Shown here: positions 12,143-24,145 of the stretch, in pieces
Layout of the letters: each line of letters opens with the position of its first letter
Position numbering within the stretch: position 1 is the stretch's first letter
NCBI RefSeq assembly: GCF_021028975.2
Contig: NC_059429.1
Span: forward strand, 85,250,001 to 85,314,000
Origin: Sphaerodactylus townsendi
Lineage: Eukaryota
Reading direction: 5' to 3'
DNA: 64,000 nt
The notes under the pieces: model-generated
What the model was told of the DNA's origin: nothing
The model's input: only the letters and a program-made list of their open reading frames with translations
The model's database searches: none
Translations under genes and position numbers: made by a program

Positions 12143-14299
12143 AATGTTTCTTTCCCTGTGTCACTGCATCAGCTTCTAGGGGAGAACTTGCACGCAAGTG
12201 TCATGTTGGCCCAAGCACGTGTGCACATGTGGGAGGAGTACCTCATTCAGTCACTGGCTTTACATATGCTGTCTTTGGAATATATACATCTAACAACAAT
12301 GGACCCTTACTGACCCTTTCAAGGAGAGATATTTTAAAGCCTTGGCTCTTCCAGCGAGTGCGCTATGTCCTTGCTAATTTTGATGAAATGAAATTAGGTG
12401 ATCAATTTCAGTGTCTCTTCACAGAAAGACGGTGGTCTATCTCACATCTGGGGATACCCTTAAAAAAGCCATCATGTTTGATTTTAAAATTTATCCTGAG
12501 AAATGGTTTTTTGATATTACCAAAAGGCACTTTGACTAAATATCATGAATCAGTTCAACATGAACTGCTATATGATTGTATCTCTGCTGTGCCTTAAAGC
12601 AAAAGCCATCAACTTGCAGCCAACTTATGGTGATTCCATCAAAGGTGGTTTGCTATTGCCTGCTTCTGCAACCCTGGTCTTCCTCACTGCCCCCCCCCCC
12701 ACAATCCAAATCCTGACCAGGACCACCCCTGCATGGTTTCCAAGATCTGAGGAGATAAGGCTAGTCTGGACTCTCCAAGTCAGGGCAGTTCCCTTACAGC
12801 CACCTGGGGCCTTCTGTGATTCCCAATGTCAATCCTGCTAAGCGTTCTCATGTTAGTCTAGGGAGGGGCAGAAACGAAGCTTTCCCAAAAGAGTTTGCAA
12901 GGAAATGATGGGCTAACAATGAGGTCTATCAAGTCCCAGTATTTATGGGGCTCTGTAGAATTTTAAAATGAGTTTGATTGGTTTCATACAATCTTTCATA
13001 GGCGGCAGTCTACTACATGAGATGCATAAACTGGTTTGAGAAAGTGATGGGCATGTATATGAACACGAGTTTGCAGTATATAGGAAGAGAAAGCGAAGTG
13101 ACATGCTAAAAGGAACACAGAAACATGTTGATAGCTGCGGTGCTAAACATGAATATAATACATAATCTAAATATCTGCTGGAACATTAAAATATGAATTC
13201 AAAGAAGTCTGCTGTAGCCAATTACTTATAATGTATTTTCCACTTTCCAATTCTGGTACACCCAGAAAGACAGATAGACTTTACACCCTGCTTTCTTCCC
13301 CTTAAGACACCCAAAGCAAGCTGACAATATCACTCTTCCATCTTATGTTTTATTCTTACAAAGCCTGGAAGAGAGTTACTGGCCCAAGATCACCCAGAAA
13401 ACGTTTAAGGCAGAGTACAGATTCAAACCAGAGTCTCCCAGACCCTAGTCCAAGGGAGGAATCTGAAACAGGTCTAGAAGTAATATACTTTTAAATGATA
13501 CTTACTCCCAGGAAAAGTGTCCTTAGGACTGCAGTCAACAGGCTTAACTGCTATGCTATGCTACACAATAGCAGCTTTGTCAAGGTAAAAAGGCAAGGTA
13601 GTCAGAAAAACTGCTTTGACACACACTGTTCTACTGAATGTTCCTTACCTAGTTGATGCCCAGGAATTCTCTCACATAAAGACCGTTCTGTTTGGCTAAA
13701 GTAAGAACGGGAACACAGTATTGATCACCACCGTCTCTTTGTTGCAGGATTTTGGTTTCATAAACAAAAATTCTCAAGAAAGATCCCAGACCGGATTTAT
13801 AAAAAGAGAATGGTAGGTAGGGAAGAAGCAAAATAACCTCTGTGGAATTCTAATATGTTTTTGCAAGATCCATCACCATCATAACAGGCAGGATTCAACC
13901 AAAATTCAGCACTTTTAAGTCCAATCGATTGCAATAGAAGAGACCTGAGCATGTGCTTATCTCTGCCATTGAAACCAGTGGGATCATGTCCAAAGTATAA
14001 AGATTGTGCAGATAAACCATTCACAACTCAATACTAAACACATTTACTTGGACATAAAAGCACATCGATTTCCGTGGCATTTGTTTTCAAATAAGCCCTC
14101 TCCAGACTGGGGTGTCAGGGACCTCATTCCAGGAGCTGTTCGATTCACAGTTCTAAACATGTAGCAAGTCCCACTCGGTATAAAATAACTTCCAAGTGTT
14201 TTAGATTGCAATCTTAAAGTAAAACAACATCTTGAAAATAGAATGAAGGCTCATAGAAGAACCAAACTGTTCTGAAAAGATCCCTACAAGTCTCTTACA

Positions 14300-15640
14300 G
14301 CCCGAGCCACAAGCTGGTCGCAAATTGCGCTCAGCGGCTTAACTAGTTTGTGCGTTGCTTGCTGCTGTTCAAACTAGATGTTAGGGAAGGAAATGAAGAG
14401 GCCAGTGGCGCCTACGGGTTTGCAGAAATCGAGCATGAGAAAGAGCTCAGTGTAACTGGCAGGCTTGCACGGTCTTTCACCGCCGCCGAGGCTTTCGGAG
14501 AATAAAGGTGTTGCTTTATCTTCCCTTTCCTTGGATCGACAAGGCAGCGACCCTCTCTACCTTATCTCAGAATCGCAAACTTTTAGTCCGAGGGTGAGGC
14601 GCCCTGGAACTTTGGGGGTGCCCCGTGCAGCAAGAGACGCAAGCCCTGGCAGCATATCCTGCTCCGGGTCTTTGCAAGAGGACCAGAGGGGAGGGGGGAG
14701 GAGGAGAGGGGACGGGGAGGGGGTGTCGTTCCTTGGAAACCGCCTAGCTGGATGGCCGGAGCAGCCCGCGTCCCTCCCCCTTCCCCTCCCCCTCCCTTCG
14801 CTCCGGAGCCGGCCAGGGTCTGCGCCTGCACTGCCAGCCGCGTGTGATCGGACAGCTCAGCCGGCTCTTCTTGTATCCCGAGAGAAGAGGGAGGGCAGGA
14901 CGGATCCGGCCAGCCCCTGGGGCGGGGCGGCTTGGCAGACAACAGCCGAGCCCGACCGAGGAGCAGCTCGCAGCTGGAGGGAGCCGCACCGAGTCTGGCG
15001 ACGCCGCGTCGTAAGTGCCTCCCTCCCGGGTCCCTTGAAAACGCGGCCGCGCTTTAGAGTCCCCCCGGCCCGGTCCGTGGCTGCTGCCACTCTCTCGCCC
15101 GCACCGGAGTCCGTCTGGGGGCGGAAGCCTCTTCTCTCCCTCTGGGCTCTGGTGGTCTTGTAGGGTCTTCGGGTAACTTGCAGCTCGTGGGTTGTTTGGG
15201 GTTGTGATAAAGACCTGGGATCCTGCCTCTCTCTTTCTCCCCCCCCCCCCCCGCAATTCTTTCCTGCGCGGATTTGTGCGCGTGTTTCCCTTGCCTTCAT
15301 TCGAAACACTTTGAACTTCATGCATCCTCGCGTCTTCCTCTGAGGGGCGGCTGCTGCTCTGCTGGAAATTCATTTTCGGGGGAGGTTTGTCTGCTTGCTT
15401 AAAGTCGCCCCCTTGGTTTCTCCCTGCGAACTCCCCAAATGGGGCGCTCTGAGTCGGTCACTTGCGTGGTGCGGCTGTGCGCGCCGGATTGAAACCCGCC
15501 ACTTCTCGCACTCTGCCCTCCGTTTGCACGCGCGGGTGCCCTGTTGAAACCGTCTCCGCTCTCAGGAAAAGAACCCCGATTGACCCTCTTCCCTACTGGC
15601 GGTAGTCCACAAACCCACTCCCTTCCGAGAAGGCGATTCT
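14300..15640. promoter_or_regulatory. CpG island / SOX13 promoter
   Basis: Sharp rise in GC and CpG density against a CpG-depleted background. GC box GGGGCGGGGCGG at 14919-14930, purine tract 14688-14723, pyrimidine tract 14771-14797. Confidence 0.9.
14930..15010 (+). other. SOX13: Probable non-coding exon 1 (5' UTR) of SOX13; start approximate
   Basis: ATG-free GC-rich segment just downstream of a GC box, ending at a consensus donor cgcgtc|GTAAGT (15011) inside the only CpG island. Coding exon 2 has just 1 nt before its ATG, so an upstream exon is required. Confidence 0.75.
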
Positions 15641-16130
15641 GATTATGTCAATGGGACAGCAGTGAACCTACTCGGGAGCAAGTAATGTGTCAATTCAGTG
15701 CCCCAAGGGGGTACCTGGGACACGTTCTGCAGCTATAAAACTGGAACGATCGGCTCTTGTCATTTCCTAACATGTCCCAGGAGGGAAGGGGTTAAAGGCT
15801 TTCTTCTCTCCTCCCCCCTCCCCTTCCCTGAAATAAAACCTGAACGGCAGGTTTCCTGCACCATCTCCCATGTTTTCTATTTAGCGTGGCTTTCTCTGTG
15901 CAGGGGCCCGATCAGATTTTTTCAGCTTGCCAGAGGTTCCTTTGGGCAGAGACTTGTGGCTTACTTAATCATATAGGGCAGGGTTGGGAAAGGAGGATGG
16001 AGGTGAGTGGAATCCTTTTCCGGGAGAATCAGAGCTACTTTCTCTTCTTCCCATTTCCTGCCCCCTCCATCTCCTGGCCAAAACAAAACAGCATATTTAT
16101 AACTGACTAGGGGCCCTGTCTCGCCAGCCA

Positions 16131-16133
<3 letters not shown>

Positions 16134-16173
<40 letters not shown>
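16134..16173. repeat. (GT)n microsatellite
   Basis: Direct observation. Confidence 0.95.
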
Positions 16174-16175
<2 letters not shown>

Positions 16176-18164
16176 CTGTAATACAATGATTTCATAGTGA
16201 ATGGGTGATAGGCAGGGTGAAGCTCTTACAGTTGTAGGCACCAGCAGAGGTCACCAGGCATGTTATAAAATAAGCAGCCAGACATGACTGGCTAAGAGAG
16301 AACGATTCTAATTCGCAAGAAAAGCTGCTAGGATGCTCATCTCAACTTGGATTTTCCTTCTAGTTTTTCTCCTTCCAACTAATACCTTTCATTTGCTTTC
16401 TTGGTTGGGGAGGAGGATTGCTCTGTGCAGATCTCATTCATTCTGTTCTTTTGCATTCATTTGCAGGAGGAGCAGAACTGTTGATAAATAACATGAGAAA
16501 GATTCCCCTCCTACATTTTGTAGATAACACTGCCTATTTCTGATCTTGTTTTGTCCTGCCCTTTGGACAGAGACATTACATTCTGTGAAGTATAATTCCT
16601 TTTGTGATAGAAATGGATTAATAATAATGTATTTCTTGATTATTGGATTATTATGATCCCAGTGTTGGTTTGCCTGATAAACTTGATGTCTGTGTGAGAA
16701 GGTGGCAATGGGTGGGGAAACAGTGTGCATCTATAACACAAATTTCATTACTGGCATGATGTAAACCCAAATTAATCAAGCTGTTTCCAGCCCTTTTCTT
16801 CTTTGGAGAGATCAGTGGAGTTCAGTTGTCAGTCAGCATTTAGGGTCAACCTCGAAACAACTGAGTGAAATTCATCTTAAAACCCAAATCCATAGCACAG
16901 TTACAGGAATTTTGGTTATTGACTTCAGGGAGGCTGATTTTCCTCCGTTTTCCCCTGCCTCAGAGGTATAATTCTTAGAGCTAGTTGTAAATGAAGACAA
17001 TTAGAGGGCTGAAGTTTTGATTCCACAGAATGAGCTTGGCTGTTGTGGCATAAACAGCAACTTGTCAAATTGCTGTGAAATCCAGGTGCCATCTTCACAG
17101 ACAGGCAGAATCCCCCATTGTTCAAGGTTTGAGGTCTGAAATAGGGTTGTGTAACTCATATTGACCAGAAAGGCCTGTGAGGTGGAGATGCTGAAGGTCT
17201 CACTTTCACTCCCATCCATTTCCAGTCTCAAGGGAGCAGATGATGGGCAAGATCTTCCTCTTGTTAGGGAAGACAATCCTGGGCTAGATGGTCCGACTTA
17301 GCATAAGGCATCTTCATATGTTCAGATGATTCTGTCTTATGTTTCTCAGACTCTGCTCTGAAGCCTCAGCACTCTGCTTTGCTGTTTGAGTACACTATTA
17401 CTGATGCCTACACCTGTTCTTAGCCTTTACTTTTCGTACTGTTGTAACGTACAGGTATAGTCCTCAAAGAGCTGTAGTTAACTGCAGATCCCTGTTGAGT
17501 TTCACTTGGTGGCAAACCTGGATTTGCCTCTGCAAATCCAATGTATATGAACTGGCCCTATGCTTTGTTCTAGTTTGTTCCTCCATGCATATCAGACAAG
17601 GCTGTTTCTTTTATATGCAGGGATCAATATTTTTTATACAGAAAAACATGGTACTCAAGACTCTGTTGGTCCAGATCTTTTAGTCTATATACTGTAAAAT
17701 GTGCTGTTTGGTAGGATGGCAAGTATAAATAAATGGTTTGAGAATTCAAAGTGCCATATTTAGGATTTGGCCTTAGCAGGTTGCTTGTACACTAGGATGG
17801 GGCCATGTTTGCGATTTTTGCTTGGTTCAAATTGTGAAACCCGTCTGATGGCATCAAAGTTACTGAGTTCTAAACTCCAAGACTTATCTCAGATTGTTTT
17901 TAGATGAAACTGTTGCTTTTTGAAAGAGACATTTATAACCCATTCACCCTCCCCATGGAATAGCATAATCATTTTACATATGCGATGTTTCAGCATACAT
18001 AGTCAAATAGCAGCCTTTTGACCCGCTAAGGTTGCTGTACCTTTGAAGGAGAAAATATTTTACTGTTCTGTTGAAATGATCCAGGGCCAATATGTGTGTG
18101 CAGCCAGAGTAATTCAGTGGCTACAAATTGTTATGTGCAGAGTTCAGATGTAGGATTGTGCGTG

Positions 18165-18345
18165 TGGGTGTTAAGAAAGTGCCCTTTGCAGCCAACTTGT
18201 GGTGACCCCTGCTAGGGGTTTTCAAGGCAAGTGAAAAGCAGAGGTGATTTGCCATTGCCTTCCTCTGCAGAGTCTTCCTTGGTGGTCTTCCTTCGAAGTA
18301 CCAACCCTGCTTAGCTTCCAAGATCTGATGAGATCAGGCTTCATA
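18165..18345 (-). mobile_element. 5S rRNA-related SINE
   Basis: ccctgcttagcttccaagatctgatgagatcaggct is the reverse of the 5S-like head; Sauria-type tail tttgccattgccttcctc. A similar copy lies at ~12590-12785. Confidence 0.6.
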
Positions 18346-20282
18346 TACCATGCTGTTTTTTGGTTCCAGACTAAATATTAGAGGAATTTAAAAATAGCCC
18401 ACTCTAGGCAAAAAGTGCAGAGTTTTGTATTGTATTGGGTTTTTGTTTTATCATTTAAATGGCCTCAGTAGCTACCATGTGCTTCTTTTGACATTGATTT
18501 TGTCTTCAGTTTTTAAAACGTTGCACAATATTTATAGATGCACCATAGTGACAAGAATGGCCAGAGGATTCATGCTGTTAAGAGGGGATTTTTTCAGATG
18601 AAACAGTGGACTCATGCACCCTTCTTCTGTCTTTTCTGTAATGTTTAATGATACTCAGCATATGACATGACAGCATCATGTTGTGAATTTGCCACCCACT
18701 GTCTGTCACCCACTTTGCCACTGGTGAGTCTGTCACACACTGTGATTTATAATGTTGGCTCCTTAAAAAACTGGTTTTGGAGGATAATGGGGGTGCTGCC
18801 ACCCACCTTTAGGAAAGCCAGTGGAGATGCTTGCATGACTGGGCTTGAAAGTTCCTAGAAACACTAGAACAGTGGCATCATGTGGCAGCTATAACATGTG
18901 TATTTCTAGGAGTACCTGGCTCAGGCATAAGAATTTGCCATGCAATTGGACTAATCTTCATCAGTTCCCGTACATGGTCTGCAGAGTGAGAATTGGGCTG
19001 TGAAATAGAGTGTGCCATATGCAAAAGCAATAGATTCAACTTGAATTTTGTCTAGCAAAACTGATAATCACATTATTAGCTAATTAGTATAACTCCCGGA
19101 CCATAACTGTTTAGAAGCTACTGAGTATGTGTGATAAATGTGATGTGCACAGGCTTCCTTGGTGTGAAATGTATGTGAGAGATAGAACATTATTATTCAA
19201 CTGATGCAGTTCTTGTCAATGAACAAAAGATGGTTAAATGGTTGTATGTCGAACATTAATTTATTTAGCATTTTTAAGACCTCTTCCCCAACCAAAGTTA
19301 CATGAGTTTGCATATAGAGCTCTGAGTAATCCAGTAGTAGTGTAAGTGAAGGATAATGAGACCAATATTAAAAGTTTGTGTGTCTTAACCTGAGTCTTAA
19401 CACATGTTGTGGGATGCTGAACAACAAGCTTAGCTGTAAGTGTATTGTGTCAGTCATAATAAATCTACAGTAAATTTAGGTTTATCAAGAGGTTACCTAG
19501 ATAGCTGCCCAAACTTCCAGCTTTTGGAATTATCTTTGAGTTCTGCGATAGATATTAGCCTTTAATATTGAAAATAGGTTATGGGTAAGGAACAATTGTG
19601 CAATTTAGGAATTACTAATTAGACCTGAGAAATTTTATCTCTGGATCTTTGGTCTGAATCCAGTAAGTTGTTTTATTTGTTGTTTTAATTTGTTCACCAC
19701 CCTGCTTCTTGAAACTCAGTGTGGATTACAGAGTTATAAGAACAATGGAATAAAGATACATACAATGAACTATGCGATACAATTGGATTACCCAATTAAA
19801 GACCGATGAAGTAATAATAATAATAATATAATACATCCAATAGACTGGCTTTCACAATTATGGAATGATAATCCAATAAACTAGATTTCACAATTAGAGA
19901 AAAATGAAATAAAGACAGTATAATGAAATATGAAGAGGCAAGCAAAAGAAAACAGCTTTAAAATTTCACAGGCAATTAAAATTTCAACATTACAACCTTT
20001 GTAGAAATTACCTTGTTGCCATTTTGTGAGTGCAAAATAAAAGGAGTCTTCTGCCATCTTAAAAACTAACAGATTTTTATTCAAAAATAAACTTCTACTT
20101 GATTAATTTTGGGAGAGTTTCAGTAGCAGACTGCAACATGGCTTGGAGTATGCAAATCTATCATTCAGAGAAAACTAAAACATCCCACGGGGTATGGCTG
20201 CATTACAAACCTAGGATGATTTAAGTGCGCTTTGGATCCCCATTTATTGATGTAAGTGACTGGTGGAGGTGGCAATCTGGCA

Positions 20283-22190
20283 TTATTTATTTAATTAATT
20301 AGATTTAATGTGCCCCAACTCCTTCTTCAGACTTGGGGTGGCTTACAACACTATATGTAACAATTTAAAAACACCTAAAACGTTAAAACGTTTAAATAAA
20401 TTACCATTATAGTGATCACAAAATGGCAATAGAATAAAATCCAGATTCTATGAGGGTGAACGATGGACTCGATGGATAAAAAAGGAAGAAAGGTGGTGGT
20501 GGGGTGGAGGTCAGATGGTATTATACTGCCTGAACCGCCTGGTAGAACAACTCTCTCCCTGGCTCTGGTGAAATGAACACAACTATTGCAAGGCTGTCCC
20601 ATGAATCTCCATGCCAATGAGATGGTTGTCCCAGATATCATGATCGACTGAGTCGGACACTGCTAACATATCTAATAATATCAGTGCTGACCTGCCTTGG
20701 TCTAGGTGTCTTCAAAGGTCATCTGCGAGGGTGGTCAGAGCCATCCCCATGGCCAGCATGGAAGCCAGACTGGAAAGGACCCAGGGCTGATATCTTATCC
20801 AGAGCCCTCTGCAGCTGCTCTACAACTGCTTTCTCAATTACCTTGCCCAGGAATGAAAGATTTGACACTAGATGTTAACTGGAAGGATCTTGAGGATCAA
20901 ACTTTTTTTTAAAGAGTGGTCTTATCATAGCCTCTTTCAAAAATCTCAGGGAAAATACCTGAACTTGAATGTATAATATTTCCCAAGTGAGTCCACACCA
21001 CATTCCCCCTGCCTTTCACCAGCCAGGATGGGAATGGATCCAGGAGGCATGTGGTGGGATTCACAGCTCTGAGAATTCTGTCCATATTGTCCTGGAAGAG
21101 TAGACTGAAGTGGTCAAGAGAGCAAGAGGCCTCTGGAATGCTATTTGCATTGAATTCAGTTCGATAGTCCTGGCAGAGCGATAAGACTTTATCTGCAAAA
21201 AAGCTCTCCAACTCGTCTCATTTGAGGGCTTTCCTGATAAGGCAATTAATTGTCAAATCACCCTAAATAACTGTGCTGGATGCAAACTAGCAGATATGAT
21301 GTTTGCCATGAAGTGTTTTTCTTTGCAGCTTTTACTGTCATCTGATAAGTATCCTATAAGACAGTGATGGCGAACCTTTTCCAGACTGAGTGCCCAAATT
21401 GCAACCCAAAACCCACTTATTTATCGCAAAGTGCCAACATGGCAATTTAACCTGAATACTGAGGTTTTAGTTTAGAAAAAATGGTTGGCTCTGAGGCGTG
21501 CGTTACTCGGGAGTAAGCTTGGTGGTAGTCAGTGGCTTTGCTTTAAAGCAACCGTGCAACTCTTCAAACGGGTGAATCACGATCTAGGAGGGTTTACTCA
21601 GAAGCAAGCCCCATTGCCAGCAACTGAGCTTACTCTCACGCTTTAGTTGTTCCCATGAAAATCTGGTGCCCACAGAGAGGGCTCTGAGTGCCATAGGTTT
21701 GCCACCACTGCTATAAGATGTTCTTACTGCTTTGTCACGAGTCTTCCGCCATGTTTGCTGCAGCCATCTGAGTTCTTGTTTCTTCCTCCTTAGCTCTGGG
21801 GAATACCATAGAACCAGTTTGGAATGTGAATTCAGAGGGTATCAGGGTGCAGTTTCACCAATGGCCTCAGTGGCTTCTCATCAATGCCTATCATCTTATC
21901 CACTGAGTTGCTGGAAGGCATTAGGTTCTGCAGAGCATTTGGAATCCAACTGGATTTATGAGTTTTTACAGGCGAGCATGAATCAGCTCACCACCTATAA
22001 GAGGAGAGGTTGGGATGATTATTTGAGCCTTCATGGCATGGTGGTTCAACCATGGCACCAGAGTTATAATGATCAGATCCGCCTCTGCCCTGCCCTTTAC
22101 CTTGAGGAGGTGTTGCCCCAGGCGCCATCTTCTCCCGGTATGCCTCTGCCCTGAGGCAAGGAGGAAGATGTGTGAGCTCTACTTTTCCAA
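20283..22190 (-). mobile_element. L2-clade LINE, internally deleted and degenerate, interrupted by a hAT MITE
   Basis: Minus-strand peptides FFADKVLSL, TTCLLDPFPSWLVK and GGELIHARL*KLINPVGFQ; (ttat)n 3' end near 20283. Confidence 0.8.
21362..21710. mobile_element. Non-autonomous hAT element
   Basis: TIRs cagtgatggcgaacc / ggtttgccaccactg; perfect 8-bp TSD CTATAAGA (21354-21361 and 21711-21718). Confidence 0.9.
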
Positions 22191-23814
22191 AGGTCAAGAT
22201 GGGGAAAAAATGCCATACTAAGAATCTTGGTTGCTTGCCCAGCTGCAGCCTGACTTTTTAGCCTTGGCAGATTTGTGAATCGGGCATTTATATAAGACCA
22301 AGAGGGATGTCCAGAGTTATTTCATAACTAGTGTGAAAGAATGAGGGTCACTTCATTGATGTGAAGCAGCAAGCACCTGCTTCCCACTGTAAAGCCCTGT
22401 GACAAATATCAGCTTTTACATCTAGACACCTCCCAATGTGAAAATTGTGTTCTTCTAATAGTTGCAATATTTTTCTGTTTTCACAAATGGGAAGGTTACA
22501 GTCCTTGTATGACTCCCAGCTGGAAATATCTATTTAGACTAAGGTATATAAATGGTGCTGGTGTTGGTGGTACACTAGAAGTAAGAAAATGCAAGAATAG
22601 TGCCACTGGTCTCACATGAAACATTCTTCCCACCCACCTATACCCATACTTGTATTCTGTCCAGAATTTCTCTGGTTCTAACTTTAGAGCCTCATTTTAA
22701 TTTAAAAATACCATGAATTCACCGGGCCAGACTACTGATGCTTTTATTGTCCTTTGCTCAGATGAATCAACATTCGGCAAATGGAAAATATTATCTTTCA
22801 GCTCCTATATACCTTGAAACACCTAGAGATGGCTCTTTGGTTCCTGATCTCCTGATCTTTGGAAATGTTTATGGAGGGAAAAGGTGTCAGGGTTTTATTT
22901 GCCTTGTTTCCTGCCTGACAGTTTCCTGTGTGATAGATGTGAGCCATCCTCACCATCCCAACCACTGGAATATAGGTTCTTTCACATAGTAAGAAATCAA
23001 TAGTTTCTCTTGACTCCTTTCCCTCACTTTGAAGACTACTTCATTGAAATATACTTCCTGCTATGCAAAGAGAAAGTGTGCTGCTGGTAATTTCGCTGCA
23101 AGCTGTGTACACCTCTGACCAGATTGTTTCCTTTGCACTAATGAGTTTTTTAGTAATTGGATTCTTGGCTGTGAAGCTGTTGGGTTCAAAGACCTCCTAG
23201 TATTTCAAGCAGGAGAAAAGTTGGCCTTGCTGGAGGCTGCAAGATTTGGAGGGTTTGGATTATTTGAAAACTTTTCCTCTTTTCCCAATTCCCCAACCAA
23301 TGCTCATATTCTATGCTTATACACCTATTACAACACCATATATCCAAACCTGGAACAGCTAACAATGGTCTTTGGTTTGAATTGGTCATTTTAGTGATAA
23401 AGATGGAACAAAGAGGGGAATGGAATGATTGGACTAAATATCTAATGAAGTTCAGGCCAACTGGTGCTGAAAAACAAAGAAAAAACTGGGAAAGGGTTGA
23501 TGGATGGGCCATGCTTGCACTTGGAGTCCTGCTGATTCACAGCAGCCAATCAAAACCTCTATTCTATCCACCTCAAGTCTGCTTATGGAAAATATTGGGA
23601 TAGAAATGTTTTTTAAAAATACATACTAAGGTGTGGATAGTGACCTAGAGAATGCTTGTCTTTCTTTGTGGTTTAACTTGTAAGTTTGAGCTGTTGGATT
23701 CCGCATGTTAAGTGGAAGAAGATACGTTATTTTTACTACTGAGATTCTACTAAACCTGATTTAGCTGAATAGACTAATTTTTCATCTTGTCGAAAAAAGG
23801 GAAAGGTATTTGTC

Positions 23815-24145
23815 AGAACAACCACCGTTTATCATTTCCCAAGAAGATATAAATAATTTGAATAAAAATATTACCAAAGAAGAAATCCAGAAAGCCATTT
23901 CCAAATTAAAAAACAAATCCCTGGGCCCCGATAGGGTAACTGCATTACATTATAAACATTTTGTAGATATATTAGAGGACCCCTTACAAAATTAATTAAT
24001 GAAATGTTTGAAGGAATTATGATCCTGAACTCTTAGACACAAGCAGTGATCTCTCTAATCCCAAAGCCAGTTGATGGAATACCAGAACCTAAGGATTTTA
24101 GACCTATTTAGCTTCTTAACATCTACTATAAAATATACACCTCTA
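23815..24145 (+). mobile_element. L1-clade LINE ORF2 fragment
   Basis: NKNITKEEIQKAISKLKNKSLGPD, AVISLIPKP and DFRPI*LLN: start of the RT domain, with stops and frameshifts. Confidence 0.85.

Noticed and set aside
14465-15373. Long overlapping ORFs (232, 209, 154 and 119 aa) on both strands
   Set aside because: Stop-codon depletion expected in a CpG island; Pro/Arg/Gly-rich with no recognisable domain, and they run across the exon 1 donor.
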